IMG/VR virus record: IMGVR_UViG_3300049983_000006
Location: 1-54,917 of that record
Direction: 5' to 3' (one strand)
Length of the DNA stretch: 54,917 nt
Source of the DNA: a virus
Taxonomy: Duplodnaviria; Caudoviricetes
The translations under genes were made by a program, and so were the position numbers. Numbering within the stretch: position 1 is the first letter of the stretch; the number at the start of each line of letters is the position of its first letter. Under the pieces are notes generated by a model that worked only from the letters and a program-made list of their open reading frames with translations, was not told where the DNA came from and did not search any database. Shown here one piece after another: positions 28,400 to 36,308 of the stretch.

Positions 28400-29286
28400 G
28401 CCAGCGCCCCTACCATCGGGCGCATCGTCTCTGGGTCGATCCCGTAGTTGCGAAGCACCTTGGCGTTCTCCTTCTTCACGACGTGAGCGCAGTTGCTGCA
28501 GACGTCGATGTAGTCGGCCGTCAGCCCTTCCGGAGAAGGTGCCCATTTGGTCGGCACGCTCTTGGTCGCCTTCTTCGTGCAGCGGGTGCAGTAGCCGATC
28601 TCGACCTTGCGCTCGTCGCGGGTGGCGTAGTAGCGATACTGGTCCGCTCGGCGCTCTTCGTGGCGCAGGTCCGAGCGGTGGAAGATCTCGAGGTCGGTGA
28701 GGTCCAGGGCCGGCTCCAGCGTCCGGCGGTTCTGGCCCCACAGCCGGCGCCCATCTGGGGTCACGTAGGTCCAGTGGTTCGTCTTCACCCGCAGTCCCCG
28801 GATGGCGCGGAACATGATGCGGATGGGGTACCTGCTTTTCCGCTGCCATGCAGAAGGCGGAGGAGATGCTTCGTTGCGGGCCTCTACGAAAGTCACCTGG
28901 GCAACGTCGAGGGGGGTCTGTGCAAGGCGCTGGCGGAAGTCGTCAGGGATGGAGGTGACGGTCTCGTCGGCGTCGATTACGAGGTACCAGTCGTCCTCGG
29001 TGGTCACCTGTTCGCCTAGCTCGAACAGCATGGAGCGCTTCTGAACCTCGTTGCCCTTGAAGACTTCGGTCGGGGTGTAGATGTCGACCGGACAGAAGCC
29101 GTCGCAGGCTCCCCTGATCGCCTCTTTCTGGGAGGGATGGGACTGCGGGGTAGCACCCGGGTAGAGCGCGTAGGCTCCGTCCAGAGCCACAAGCCGATCG
29201 ACGCCAGCGAGTTCCAGGCCGGCGACCATGTCGGCTAGCCACTCTGGGTTCTCTTCGTACCAAGAGAGTAGAGCGACGATCTGCAT
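28396..29286 (-). CDS. GT-A fold (GT2-like) glycosyltransferase with C-terminal CxxC...CxxC extension
   Basis: LSWYEE, LVALDG and WYLVIDADE (DxD) motifs; YCTRC...VCSNC tail; start at 29286 by TGATG overlap. Confidence 0.75.
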   Translation of the reverse strand: MQIVALLSWYEENPEWLADMVAGLELAGVDRLVALDGAYALYPGATPQSHPSQKEAIRGACDGFCPVDIYTPTEVFKGNEVQKRSMLFELGEQVTTEDDWYLVIDADETVTSIPDDFRQRLAQTPLDVAQVTFVEARNEASPPPSAWQRKSRYPIRIMFRAIRGLRVKTNHWTYVTPDGRRLWGQNRRTLEPALDLTDLEIFHRSDLRHEERRADQYRYYATRDERKVEIGYCTRCTKKATKSVPTKWAPSPEGLTADYIDVCSNCAHVVKKENAKVLRNYGIDPETMRPMVGALA

Positions 29287-29756
29287 CAGCGGGCGGGCTC
29301 CAGCCCAGCCGCAGCTCGACCCTCGTTGATCGAGCACTTGCCCTCAGCGATCAGGTCACGTACCGGCCGAGCCGGAACACCCGCCCAGACCTCTCCGGCT
29401 GGAACGTCTTTGGTGACGACCGCTCCGGCTCCTACGCGGGCGCCGGCTCCGATCGTCCGCCAGGGCAGCACCGTCGCGTTTAGCCCGATGCGGGCCTCGT
29501 CCTCGATCGTCGCGTGCCCGCCGATCACGGCGCCGGTCGCGATCTCGACCGCGGCGCCGACGACGACGTCGTGCCCGAGGTGGGCGTGCTGGAGAAGCCA
29601 GGAGTTCTCTCCGACTTCGGTCGCCCGCTCGGTGCCGGCGTCGACGCTGCAAAAGGCGCTGATGGTGGCGCTCGGATGAACGACCGGCGGGATCGGCTCC
29701 CCGTCGAAGTCCCTCGACTCGGGAGCGCCGCCGATCCGGGCGCTGTGGTGGATCAC
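29286..29756 (-). CDS. Hexapeptide-repeat (left-handed beta-helix) N-acetyltransferase
   Basis: HLGHDVVVG, IGAGARVGAGAVVTKDVP and WAGVPAR motifs; GTG at 29756 overlaps the upstream TGA. Confidence 0.9.
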   Translation of the reverse strand: MIHHSARIGGAPESRDFDGEPIPPVVHPSATISAFCSVDAGTERATEVGENSWLLQHAHLGHDVVVGAAVEIATGAVIGGHATIEDEARIGLNATVLPWRTIGAGARVGAGAVVTKDVPAGEVWAGVPARPVRDLIAEGKCSINEGRAAAGLEPAR

Positions 29757-30694
29757 TCCGGTTTCACGCATACGTTCGTCCTCCCGAATCTCTCGGCGTT
29801 GGGCAGCTCGCCGCGCCAGTAGGGGCGCATGGATGGCTGCTGGTGACAAGGGGGGTCGTAATAGGTCCGCCCCGTACCCCGGGGGTCGGCGCAGGTGACG
29901 ATGCGGTGCCAGGACGACTCTCCCCCGAAGGTCGTCCGTTGAAGCTGATGGCCGCGGGTGGCGAAGCGTTCGGCTTCCTCCTGCTGTTCCTTCACCCGGG
30001 CCGGGAGTGCTGCGAGACGGATGCGAAGGGCCGCGGCCTGCAGCTCGTCCAGCCGGTGCGTCCCGCCGATCACCTCGTGCCGGCGCCCGTCGTGAGATCC
30101 ATGATGTCGAAGGAGCCGCACCCGCTCAGCAAGGCCGCTGTCGTTCGTGGTGATTGCCCCGCCGTCGCCGACGCCGGCAAGGGTCTTCGACGGGTAGAAG
30201 CTGAATGCCGCGGCGGTGCCAAGGGTGCCGCACCTAGCGCCGAGGTAGGTCGAGCCGATCGCCTGACAGGCGTCCTCGATCACCGGCAGGCCGTAGTCGG
30301 CGAAGTCCTCCATCGGGGCCGGGTTGCCGAAGAGGTGGACGGGGACGATCGCGGCCGTCCTGCCGCTCAGGTGGGGGGCGACCGTCTCGGAGGTGATCAC
30401 CCAGGACTCAGAATCGACGTCGCAGAAGACCGGCACGCCGCCAGCGTGTACGACCGCCTCGGCGGTGGCGATGAAGGTCAGCGCCGGCAGGATCACCTCG
30501 TCACCGGGCCCGATCACCGAGCGGAGGATCAGGGCGAGGGCGTCCGTACCGCTGGAGACGCCGACGGCATGGTCGGCGCCAACGTACTCGGCCAGCTCGT
30601 GCTCGAAGGTCTCGAGGTGCGGGCCGTTCACGAAGGTGCCGCTCTCCAACACCTCCCTGAAGGCGGCGAGGATCGCGGCGTGGTCAGCACTCAC
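29753..30694 (-). CDS. DegT/DnrJ/EryC1/StrS PLP-dependent sugar aminotransferase, GnnB/WlbC/WbpE-like
   Basis: SSGTDAL, TFIATAEAV, PVHLFG, IEDACQA and FSFYPSKTLAGVGDGG (PLP Lys) motifs. Confidence 0.95.
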   Translation of the reverse strand: MSADHAAILAAFREVLESGTFVNGPHLETFEHELAEYVGADHAVGVSSGTDALALILRSVIGPGDEVILPALTFIATAEAVVHAGGVPVFCDVDSESWVITSETVAPHLSGRTAAIVPVHLFGNPAPMEDFADYGLPVIEDACQAIGSTYLGARCGTLGTAAAFSFYPSKTLAGVGDGGAITTNDSGLAERVRLLRHHGSHDGRRHEVIGGTHRLDELQAAALRIRLAALPARVKEQQEEAERFATRGHQLQRTTFGGESSWHRIVTCADPRGTGRTYYDPPCHQQPSMRPYWRGELPNAERFGRTNVCVKPE

Positions 30695-30909
30695 GCCGCC
30701 GCGACCCCGATCTCAGCCAGCCGCTTCTCCCGCAGCTCCGCTACCTCACCCTCACTGGGATCTCCTGCTATCCAGTCTCCTCCTGAGCATGGGGCACAGA
30801 AGGTGGATGGGTTGTAACGAGAGAGCTTGGCCCCACAGCTGCAATGACGATCTGCTGGGTAAGGGCCTGGTCTCCGTTCCTTTGGAGACTTGAGGGAGAG
30901 GACGGCCAT
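30691..30909 (-). CDS. Small zinc-ribbon protein
   Basis: CSCG...FCAPC; coupled to the aminotransferase by GTGA. Confidence 0.65.
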   Translation of the reverse strand: MAVLSLKSPKERRPGPYPADRHCSCGAKLSRYNPSTFCAPCSGGDWIAGDPSEGEVAELREKRLAEIGVAAA

Positions 30910-31019
30910 CGTTCAGTCTCCGGTGTGGTCCTCGGCCCTGCGTTCCAGTGGACCAGGGGCGCTCTCGCTTTTGGGTCTCCAGGTGAATCCGACTGGGCGT
31001 GGGCGAAGAGGTGGGTCGA

Positions 31020-31292
31020 TCACGGGCGCTTCGCCTCCCAGCCGGTGGCGAGCGAGTAGGTCTTCATGCCAAAGACCTCCCTGGTCTGGAGCGCGCCCTG
31101 CTCGACCAGTTCGTCCATGACAGCCTCGTAGCGGTCGTAGGTCTCCTGCGGCGGCAGATCCTCGTCCTCGGTGCAAGGCGGAACGGCCTCGCCCTCCTCG
31201 CATACCGCTGGCGGGTTCATAACCCGGGCGGTCTCAGGAAGCTGCGAAGCGAAGATTTCGATCACCTTCGGCTTCAGATCGTCGGCGCTCAT
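31020..31292 (-). CDS. Hypothetical acidic protein (possible wHTH)
   Basis: ATG at 31292 with GAAAGGA RBS; forms the distal part of track ORF 31020..32012. Confidence 0.6.
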   Translation of the reverse strand: MSADDLKPKVIEIFASQLPETARVMNPPAVCEEGEAVPPCTEDEDLPPQETYDRYEAVMDELVEQGALQTREVFGMKTYSLATGWEAKRP

Positions 31293-31458
31293 CGGCTGCC
31301 GTCCTTTCGTGGTGGTGAAGCGGCCACCGGCTTGCCCTGCCCTGGCACCTTCCTGGCCTCCGGCCCCAGGGCTGGGGCGAAGTCGCGGTGGGTCGGCCAT
31401 AACCGGCCCAAACGGAGCTCCATCTCGGCGTCCAGAGCGCCTGCCCCGCAGGGAGTAG

Positions 31459-31847
31459 TTAGGCCGCAGGCTCCAGAGGCTGGCTCGGCGGCGGGTGCTC
31501 GATCGTGAACGTGGGGGGGCCGCAGCGCTGTTGCCGCTCGCCCGGAGCCTGTCGGATCGAGTGTCGATTCGCCTGTACTGGACGACCCGTCGGCCTCGAT
31601 AGCCAGGGTGGTCGGGGACGAACTCGATCACCTCGTCGGTGACCTCTCGGCCGAGGAAGTCATTCAGGTCCGTGTCTGGCTGTAGGTCGCACGTGCGATC
31701 GAGTACTTCGTGCGCTGACTGCGGGAGCTTCCGGCCGTGGCGCATAGCCTCGCTCGCCATCAACGCTCGCTCGTAGCGGTCCAGCTCGTTGGATACAGCG
31801 GCGGTCGAACCCTCGTCCGAGACCTCAATACGTATACGGGTCAGCAT
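31459..31847 (-). CDS. Hypothetical protein with an apparent frameshift at a C7 run
   Basis: ATG at 31847 with GAAAGGAGG RBS; after the C7 run (31513-31519) the -1 frame gives PTFTIEHPPPSQPLEPAA-TAA. Confidence 0.5.
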
Positions 31848-31929
31848 CCGCCGACCTCCTTTCTCCCCGGCTATCCAGCCGAAGATCGTTTGCGAAGGTG
31901 TGAGACCGAGCGATCCCCCTGATGGGGGT

Positions 31930-32424
31930 TCAGCGTCGGTCCTGAAGTTGTTCGCGTTCGGCGCGCCGCTTATCCGTCCAGTCGACATAGGTTGACGGGC
32001 CGTGCTTCTCACGAAACGGGGAGAAGTCGCGGTAGTCGGGAACGAACCCGCTGTTCTTGTGGTGGAGCACCATTTCGGCCGCGAGGCCTTCGGCGAGGTT
32101 CAGAAATCCAGGGATAGCGGGTCCGTCGAACCACTCGCCCACGAGCCGTTCCTGATAGCCGAGCATCTGGTGCAGCTCTCGCTCGAGGTCAAGGCCACCG
32201 ACCAAGACGTGCAGCAGCTCCAACGGGTAAGGACACCCGGTCTGGAGCTCGGCCATGCGTGTCGTCACGTCCTTAGCCTTGCCAATCTTGATGGGCGTCA
32301 GTCCGTCGATGCAGATCACGTAGACGAAACAGGTCGCCGTTGACTTGATCCGCCAGTAGAGAAATTGGTCAACCCCTGGATCGGGGATGACGAAGGCCGG
32401 GCGAACGGTCGAGACGCTGGCCAT
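31930..32424 (-). CDS. GIY-YIG-like T5orf172/Mug113-domain protein
   Basis: VYVI...IKIG...RMAELQTGCP...LERELH...GEWF motifs. Confidence 0.85.
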   Translation of the reverse strand: MASVSTVRPAFVIPDPGVDQFLYWRIKSTATCFVYVICIDGLTPIKIGKAKDVTTRMAELQTGCPYPLELLHVLVGGLDLERELHQMLGYQERLVGEWFDGPAIPGFLNLAEGLAAEMVLHHKNSGFVPDYRDFSPFREKHGPSTYVDWTDKRRAEREQLQDRR

Positions 32425-32504
32425 TCAAGCCGTCCGGAGCACGGGTAAGTCAGAGACCCGAGCTAGGCGCAGCCGTATTGGGCTGGTTCGGCAGGGCTGG
32501 GGGC

Positions 32505-32529
32505 AGTATAGCCAGCGTTCGGATGTCAA
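32505..32529 (-). promoter_or_regulatory. Candidate promoter (-10 TATACT; TTGACA only 13 nt upstream)
   Basis: Lies in a roughly 100-bp intergenic gap ahead of the GIY-YIG, sugar and packaging genes; spacing is non-canonical. Confidence 0.3.
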
Positions 32530-33434
32530 ACGCCGGTGCCTTTCAGTTCGTGGCTCTTCGCGGCTTTCAGCTTCCGCTCCAGCACCTTCACAGTTGACCG
32601 CTGATACTTCTTGCGGGCTTCCTGTAGTTGGCGTTCGATGGAAAGGCGATCAGCTCGCACCTTGCGCGTCGAATGCGCCAGGGCGCGTTTCATGTCGGCT
32701 GCGGCGTGCAGACGTCGGTGCAGCTTGCCCTCAAGGACCTCGCCCCCGTCGGGCACTGCTTGGTCCTCCGTCTGGGTATAGGCACCGTCCAGGCGCGCTC
32801 GCTCGATCTCGTCGCTCGTCGGCTCCGCTGCGTAGCCGTCCTCATCGGTCTTTGGCACCGAGCTTCCGCCGACCGTGCTCTTCATGAAGAATGATCGAAA
32901 GTCTTGAAGGACGACCTCGGTGCGCCAGCCCTTGAGGGTGCGGGTGAATGACTCGACTCGCACGCTCTGCTTGGCGCTCAGTTGAAGAATCTCGCCCTTC
33001 CCCCATGCGGGCTCAACCGGGCGGAGGATCGCGGCGGCCCTTCCACTGCGAAGGTCGGCACGCTCTCGGCGCGTGAGCTTGTGGGCGAAGTAGGACCAGT
33101 ACTCGGCCTCTGCTTTGTCGAACTCTGCCGGCGGGAGGGCGCCGCGGCGAATGGCTGCTTTGAAGTCCCGTAGGGCGAGCTTGTAATCCGGCCACTTGGC
33201 ACAGAGCCAACCCATCGTCCCGACTGGTGGCTGGGGTTCGGGCTGAAGGCGCCGGGGCGGCTCTGGGGCGCCAGCGTCATTACGGAACTCCTCGACCCGC
33301 ACCGCCCCCCGGACGATGATCTCCCCGGTATCCAGATTGGGCCTCTCGACGCGGAGCTTGCCGGTTGGCTTCCCTTCGTCTGGGAGGTTCTCGAAGGTCG
33401 GAGGCGGGAAGTGCGGCTGAGGCTTGGTCTGCAT
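32526..33434 (-). CDS. Hypothetical basic protein
   Basis: ATG at 33434 after AAGAAAGG; long ORF with phage-like composition. Confidence 0.7.
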   Translation of the reverse strand: MQTKPQPHFPPPTFENLPDEGKPTGKLRVERPNLDTGEIIVRGAVRVEEFRNDAGAPEPPRRLQPEPQPPVGTMGWLCAKWPDYKLALRDFKAAIRRGALPPAEFDKAEAEYWSYFAHKLTRRERADLRSGRAAAILRPVEPAWGKGEILQLSAKQSVRVESFTRTLKGWRTEVVLQDFRSFFMKSTVGGSSVPKTDEDGYAAEPTSDEIERARLDGAYTQTEDQAVPDGGEVLEGKLHRRLHAAADMKRALAHSTRKVRADRLSIERQLQEARKKYQRSTVKVLERKLKAAKSHELKGTGV

Positions 33435-33475
33435 TTCTCGCCTTTCTTGGTCGATGGTGGGGGTGGTGGTCCTGC

Positions 33476-33931
33476 TCATGCTGCGGATGGGTCCTCTCCG
33501 CCCCATTTGTCAGCGCCCGCGGCCCGTACGTCATGGATCGTGATCGGCTGCGGCGGCAGCCAGCCGGTGACGTTGGCCCCGGCCACGCAGCCACACGGCA
33601 AGTCCTCCCAGACGCTCCCCGACCAGTGGCCCTTGTGCTCAGGGCATGGCTCGGTGCGAAACTCTTCTCCGGCGTAGATGAGGCGAGCGAGCAGGTTGGA
33701 CTTCACGATCGGCAGTTGAAGCTCATCCAGTGCGTCTAGGTAGTCCGTCCATCGCTGATTCTCCGAGTCCTCAGGTTCCCGCTCGATTCGCTGGGCGATG
33801 GCCTCCCGCCAGGCCCGGAAGGCGTTGCAGTACTCGCTGACCGCTCGGACCGGCTCGCCTTCGATCTCTTCCAGCCGAGCGCGCAGATGGGCGGCCTCGT
33901 CACTCACCACCTTGTGGATACGGTCCCCCAC
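33476..33931 (-). CDS. Hypothetical protein with a Cys/His cluster
   Basis: GTG overlaps the mini-RF2 TAG; PCPEHKGHW...CGC motif. Confidence 0.7.
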   Translation of the reverse strand: MGDRIHKVVSDEAAHLRARLEEIEGEPVRAVSEYCNAFRAWREAIAQRIEREPEDSENQRWTDYLDALDELQLPIVKSNLLARLIYAGEEFRTEPCPEHKGHWSGSVWEDLPCGCVAGANVTGWLPPQPITIHDVRAAGADKWGGEDPSAA

Positions 33932-34269
33932 TACCCCGCTGCCCCCAGAATCAGATCAAGCTCGCCAGCGAGGACGCGGTGGACCTCATCCGTCTCAGTC
34001 CCTAGCCGGTAGTCCTTGCAGAGCTTGTAGGGGTCGAGGATGTAGGAGCGGACCTGTCCCTCCAAATGCCAGGCCGGGCCATGATCCAGACTGACCTGCG
34101 CAAAGCAGGTATGGCGGCGGCCTTGCTCATCGAACGGGCTGACGCGGACCAGCCGATGCACTCCGGCCTCGTGCGAAAGGTCGCCATCCCACGCCTGGTA
34201 CATCTCACGAAGCATCTGCGCCCAAGCCTGCGAGTCGGTGCCACCCGCCCCAGCGGTGACCTCTACCAC
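33931..34269 (-). CDS. Miniature peptide chain release factor 2-like protein (SPF present, GGQ domain absent)
   Basis: AGAGGTDSQAWAQML.EMY.W, EAGVHRLVRVSPFD..GRRHTCFA and QVRSYILDPY...KDYRLG.ET..V..VLAGELD match three separate RF2 segments; GGAGG RBS. Confidence 0.88.
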   Translation of the reverse strand: MVEVTAGAGGTDSQAWAQMLREMYQAWDGDLSHEAGVHRLVRVSPFDEQGRRHTCFAQVSLDHGPAWHLEGQVRSYILDPYKLCKDYRLGTETDEVHRVLAGELDLILGAAG

Positions 34270-34333
34270 CCCGCCACCTCCACCCGCTCAATCGGAGGGG
34301 CTGAGGCTCGCTGGTTTTGGCTCTGGAAGTGGC

Positions 34334-36007
34334 TCAAGCTGCTGAGACCGGGATCGGCCCAAACAGCTCCGAGAAATTAAGCCGTGGGCTTCCCCAGCGA
34401 TTAATTGTTTCGGCATCGTAGAGCGGCTGGCGGCGGAAGACGGGACGCAACGGCGTCTCTCCGTCTACGGCGCGCTCGGCGACGATCGGTTCGATGATGT
34501 AGCGGCCCTGCCAGGCAAGCTCGGCGTGGACGCGCATCCCTGGCTTAATCTCCTTGAGGGCGAATCCATCGAAGAGCCGCAGCAGCGCAGCCCTAGCGGC
34601 GTCAACCCCCTTTGCATCGTTTACCTCGCCTGCAATCGACTTGCGGATCTCAACGAGCGCCTCCAGCGTTTCTACCTCGATGTCCTGGAGGACGTCAAAG
34701 GCTTCGACTTCAACGCGTTGCTCTGCGAGGCGGCTGACCTCCGCCGCCGCACCCTCCAGATCAGTGGTGAGTTCGTCTCGGAAAGAGGCCCAGTCGTCAG
34801 CGGAGATCCTGTCGTCCATATAGTCGCGGCGAACGCGAGAGAGGCGCTCTTCGGCCCGCTGCTTCTCGACTTCTGCTTGGGCATGTAGCGCTTTGACCTC
34901 ATCGAGTTTTTGCGACCGTGCCGCAGCGACCTGCTCGCGAGTCGCTTGGACGTCGAGGCCAACCTGCTCGAAGTAGGAATAGACGGCAGAGTCGATGGCG
35001 GCACGATTCACCGGAGCAACCGAACACGAGTCCGGGTGCTGATGGCGCCCGTAACAGGCATAGATTTCGTAGGGGTCGCTCTTGTCCCTCCGACTTCTGT
35101 CGTCGGTGCGCGGGACCATCGACGCGCCACAGACGCACTTGAGCATTCCTTTGCGGAAGAGATGCTTGCCCTTCGGCGGCCGTCCTCTCCCCTTCCCCGC
35201 TTTGCTCTTCGCCTTGCTGTCGAGGAGAGCGTTGACCTCGTCCCAGAGCTCGGGCGGGACAAGGGCCTGGTGAGTGCCGGGGAGCAACTCCCCGTTGTGG
35301 GGGATCATCCCCTTGTAGATCGGGTTGCGGGCTATGCGGGCGATGGTGCCCTGGTGCCATTTTGCTCCGGTGGCGGTTGGAACTCCGTCGGCTTCGAGCT
35401 GCTGGGCGATCGTTAGTTGCGGGCGTCCCGCGTGAAGCTCGCGGAAGATCCGGAGGATAGTTGGCGCCTCGCTGCTGTCGATCTCGAAGCCGTCAGCGCC
35501 GTACCGCAAGCCGAGGGGCTTCGGCCCGCCGGTCGGCTTCCCATCTCGGGTGCGCCGCTTCATCCCCTTCTGCACGGCGATCGACAAGTCGGCGGAGTAT
35601 TTCTCGGCCATCTTCGAGGCCATCCCGACCATCGCCTCGTCTTGCACGTAGGCGTCGTCGTGAACTGATCGCAGCGTCACGCCAGCGCGCCTGCACAGCG
35701 TGAAGACCTCTAGCAGGGATCGGGCCTCCTGCTTGCGCCCCGAGCCGCGAGCCAGCCGCTCGGACTTCCAGACCCACAGCTCCGCCCCACCGCGCTCATC
35801 GGCAAGCTCCTTTGCCACCCGTAACGCGGTCTCAAGTTCAGGGCCCCGGTTCCCCTTCCAGCCGGACCTGTCGTCCTCGTGATGCTCAGCGACGATCTCC
35901 CGCTCCAACTCGCTCGCCCGATTGCGGCATTCCTCTAGCTGGGTTTCGTTCGAGCCTTTCTCGTCAGGAGTCGACTTCGAGGCATAGAGGACTGCGGGGA
36001 TCCGCAT
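34334..36007 (-). CDS. int: Large serine recombinase (integrase)
   Basis: N-terminal YASKS catalytic Ser, SERLAR, recombinase domain (NPIYKG), zinc ribbon (CVCG...YAC...C) and coiled coil. Confidence 0.92.
   Translation of the reverse strand: MRIPAVLYASKSTPDEKGSNETQLEECRNRASELEREIVAEHHEDDRSGWKGNRGPELETALRVAKELADERGGAELWVWKSERLARGSGRKQEARSLLEVFTLCRRAGVTLRSVHDDAYVQDEAMVGMASKMAEKYSADLSIAVQKGMKRRTRDGKPTGGPKPLGLRYGADGFEIDSSEAPTILRIFRELHAGRPQLTIAQQLEADGVPTATGAKWHQGTIARIARNPIYKGMIPHNGELLPGTHQALVPPELWDEVNALLDSKAKSKAGKGRGRPPKGKHLFRKGMLKCVCGASMVPRTDDRSRRDKSDPYEIYACYGRHQHPDSCSVAPVNRAAIDSAVYSYFEQVGLDVQATREQVAAARSQKLDEVKALHAQAEVEKQRAEERLSRVRRDYMDDRISADDWASFRDELTTDLEGAAAEVSRLAEQRVEVEAFDVLQDIEVETLEALVEIRKSIAGEVNDAKGVDAARAALLRLFDGFALKEIKPGMRVHAELAWQGRYIIEPIVAERAVDGETPLRPVFRRQPLYDAETINRWGSPRLNFSELFGPIPVSAA
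34369..34413. other. Candidate attP site (imperfect inverted repeat centred on TT at 34390-34391)
   Basis: AATTAA-N4-TGGG-CTTC-CCCA-N4-TTAATT; an AT-rich dyad inside the 3' end of the integrase. Confidence 0.45.
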
Positions 36008-36018
36008 GGGCGGCCACC

Positions 36019-36210
36019 CTACCCCGCAGCCGCCTGCCTGTGCAGGGCCTCGAGGATCACCTGCGTATTGGAAGCGGATCTTGGGAGTTTGAGCCGCTGG
36101 CGCAGGGCCTCCAGATCGTGTCCCATCTCCGCATACTGAGAAGGCGTCAGCGTCAGCAGCACCTCCATGAGATCTGCCGCCGGCGCGCGCATTTGAGTTG
36201 CGGCCTCCAT
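36019..36210 (-). CDS. Small helical protein upstream of the integrase (possible regulator/RDF)
   Basis: ATG at 36210 by TGATG overlap with GGAGG upstream; 63 aa. Confidence 0.55.
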   Translation of the reverse strand: MEAATQMRAPAADLMEVLLTLTPSQYAEMGHDLEALRQRLKLPRSASNTQVILEALHRQAAAG

Positions 36211-36308
36211 CAACCGCCCTCCCCCTCTACGCTCAGCCGCTCGGCGAGGGACCTGGTCGTGTAGAAGGCCCGCTTCTCGGACTCGATGACGTGCACCTCG
36301 CCACTCAC
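36210..36308 (-). CDS. 32-aa ORF resembling a truncated excisionase-type HTH
   Basis: MSGEVHVIESEKRAFYTTRSLAERLSVEGEGG; coupled at both ends. Confidence 0.4.
   Translation of the reverse strand: MSGEVHVIESEKRAFYTTRSLAERLSVEGEGG

Noticed and set aside
28400-28849. N-terminal extension of the oxidoreductase in the ORF track (similar extensions at 47940-48044, 51916-52218 and 43685-43852)
   Set aside because: The extensions overlap real upstream genes; internal starts with stop/start coupling or an RBS fit better.
27539-30694. A definite DNA hypermodification system
   Set aside because: No hydroxymethylase, TET/JBP, nucleotide kinase or DNA polymerase is seen to supply an acceptor base. It is kept only as an alternative hypothesis.
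33931-34269. Functional prfB, PrfH or ArfB, or evidence of a recoded genetic code
   Set aside because: There is no GGQ motif in the protein. All three stop codons terminate genes normally and ORFs are intact under the standard code.
34274-34298. CCTCC/GGAGG pairing that could hide the mini-RF2 RBS
   Set aside because: Only about 5 bp of pairing, which is expected by chance in GC-rich DNA.
33931-34400. Mini-RF2 as a simple attP-borne duplicate of the host prfB 3' end
   Set aside because: It has two internal in-frame deletions and its own RBS, so it could not restore a disrupted prfB. A captured origin is still possible.
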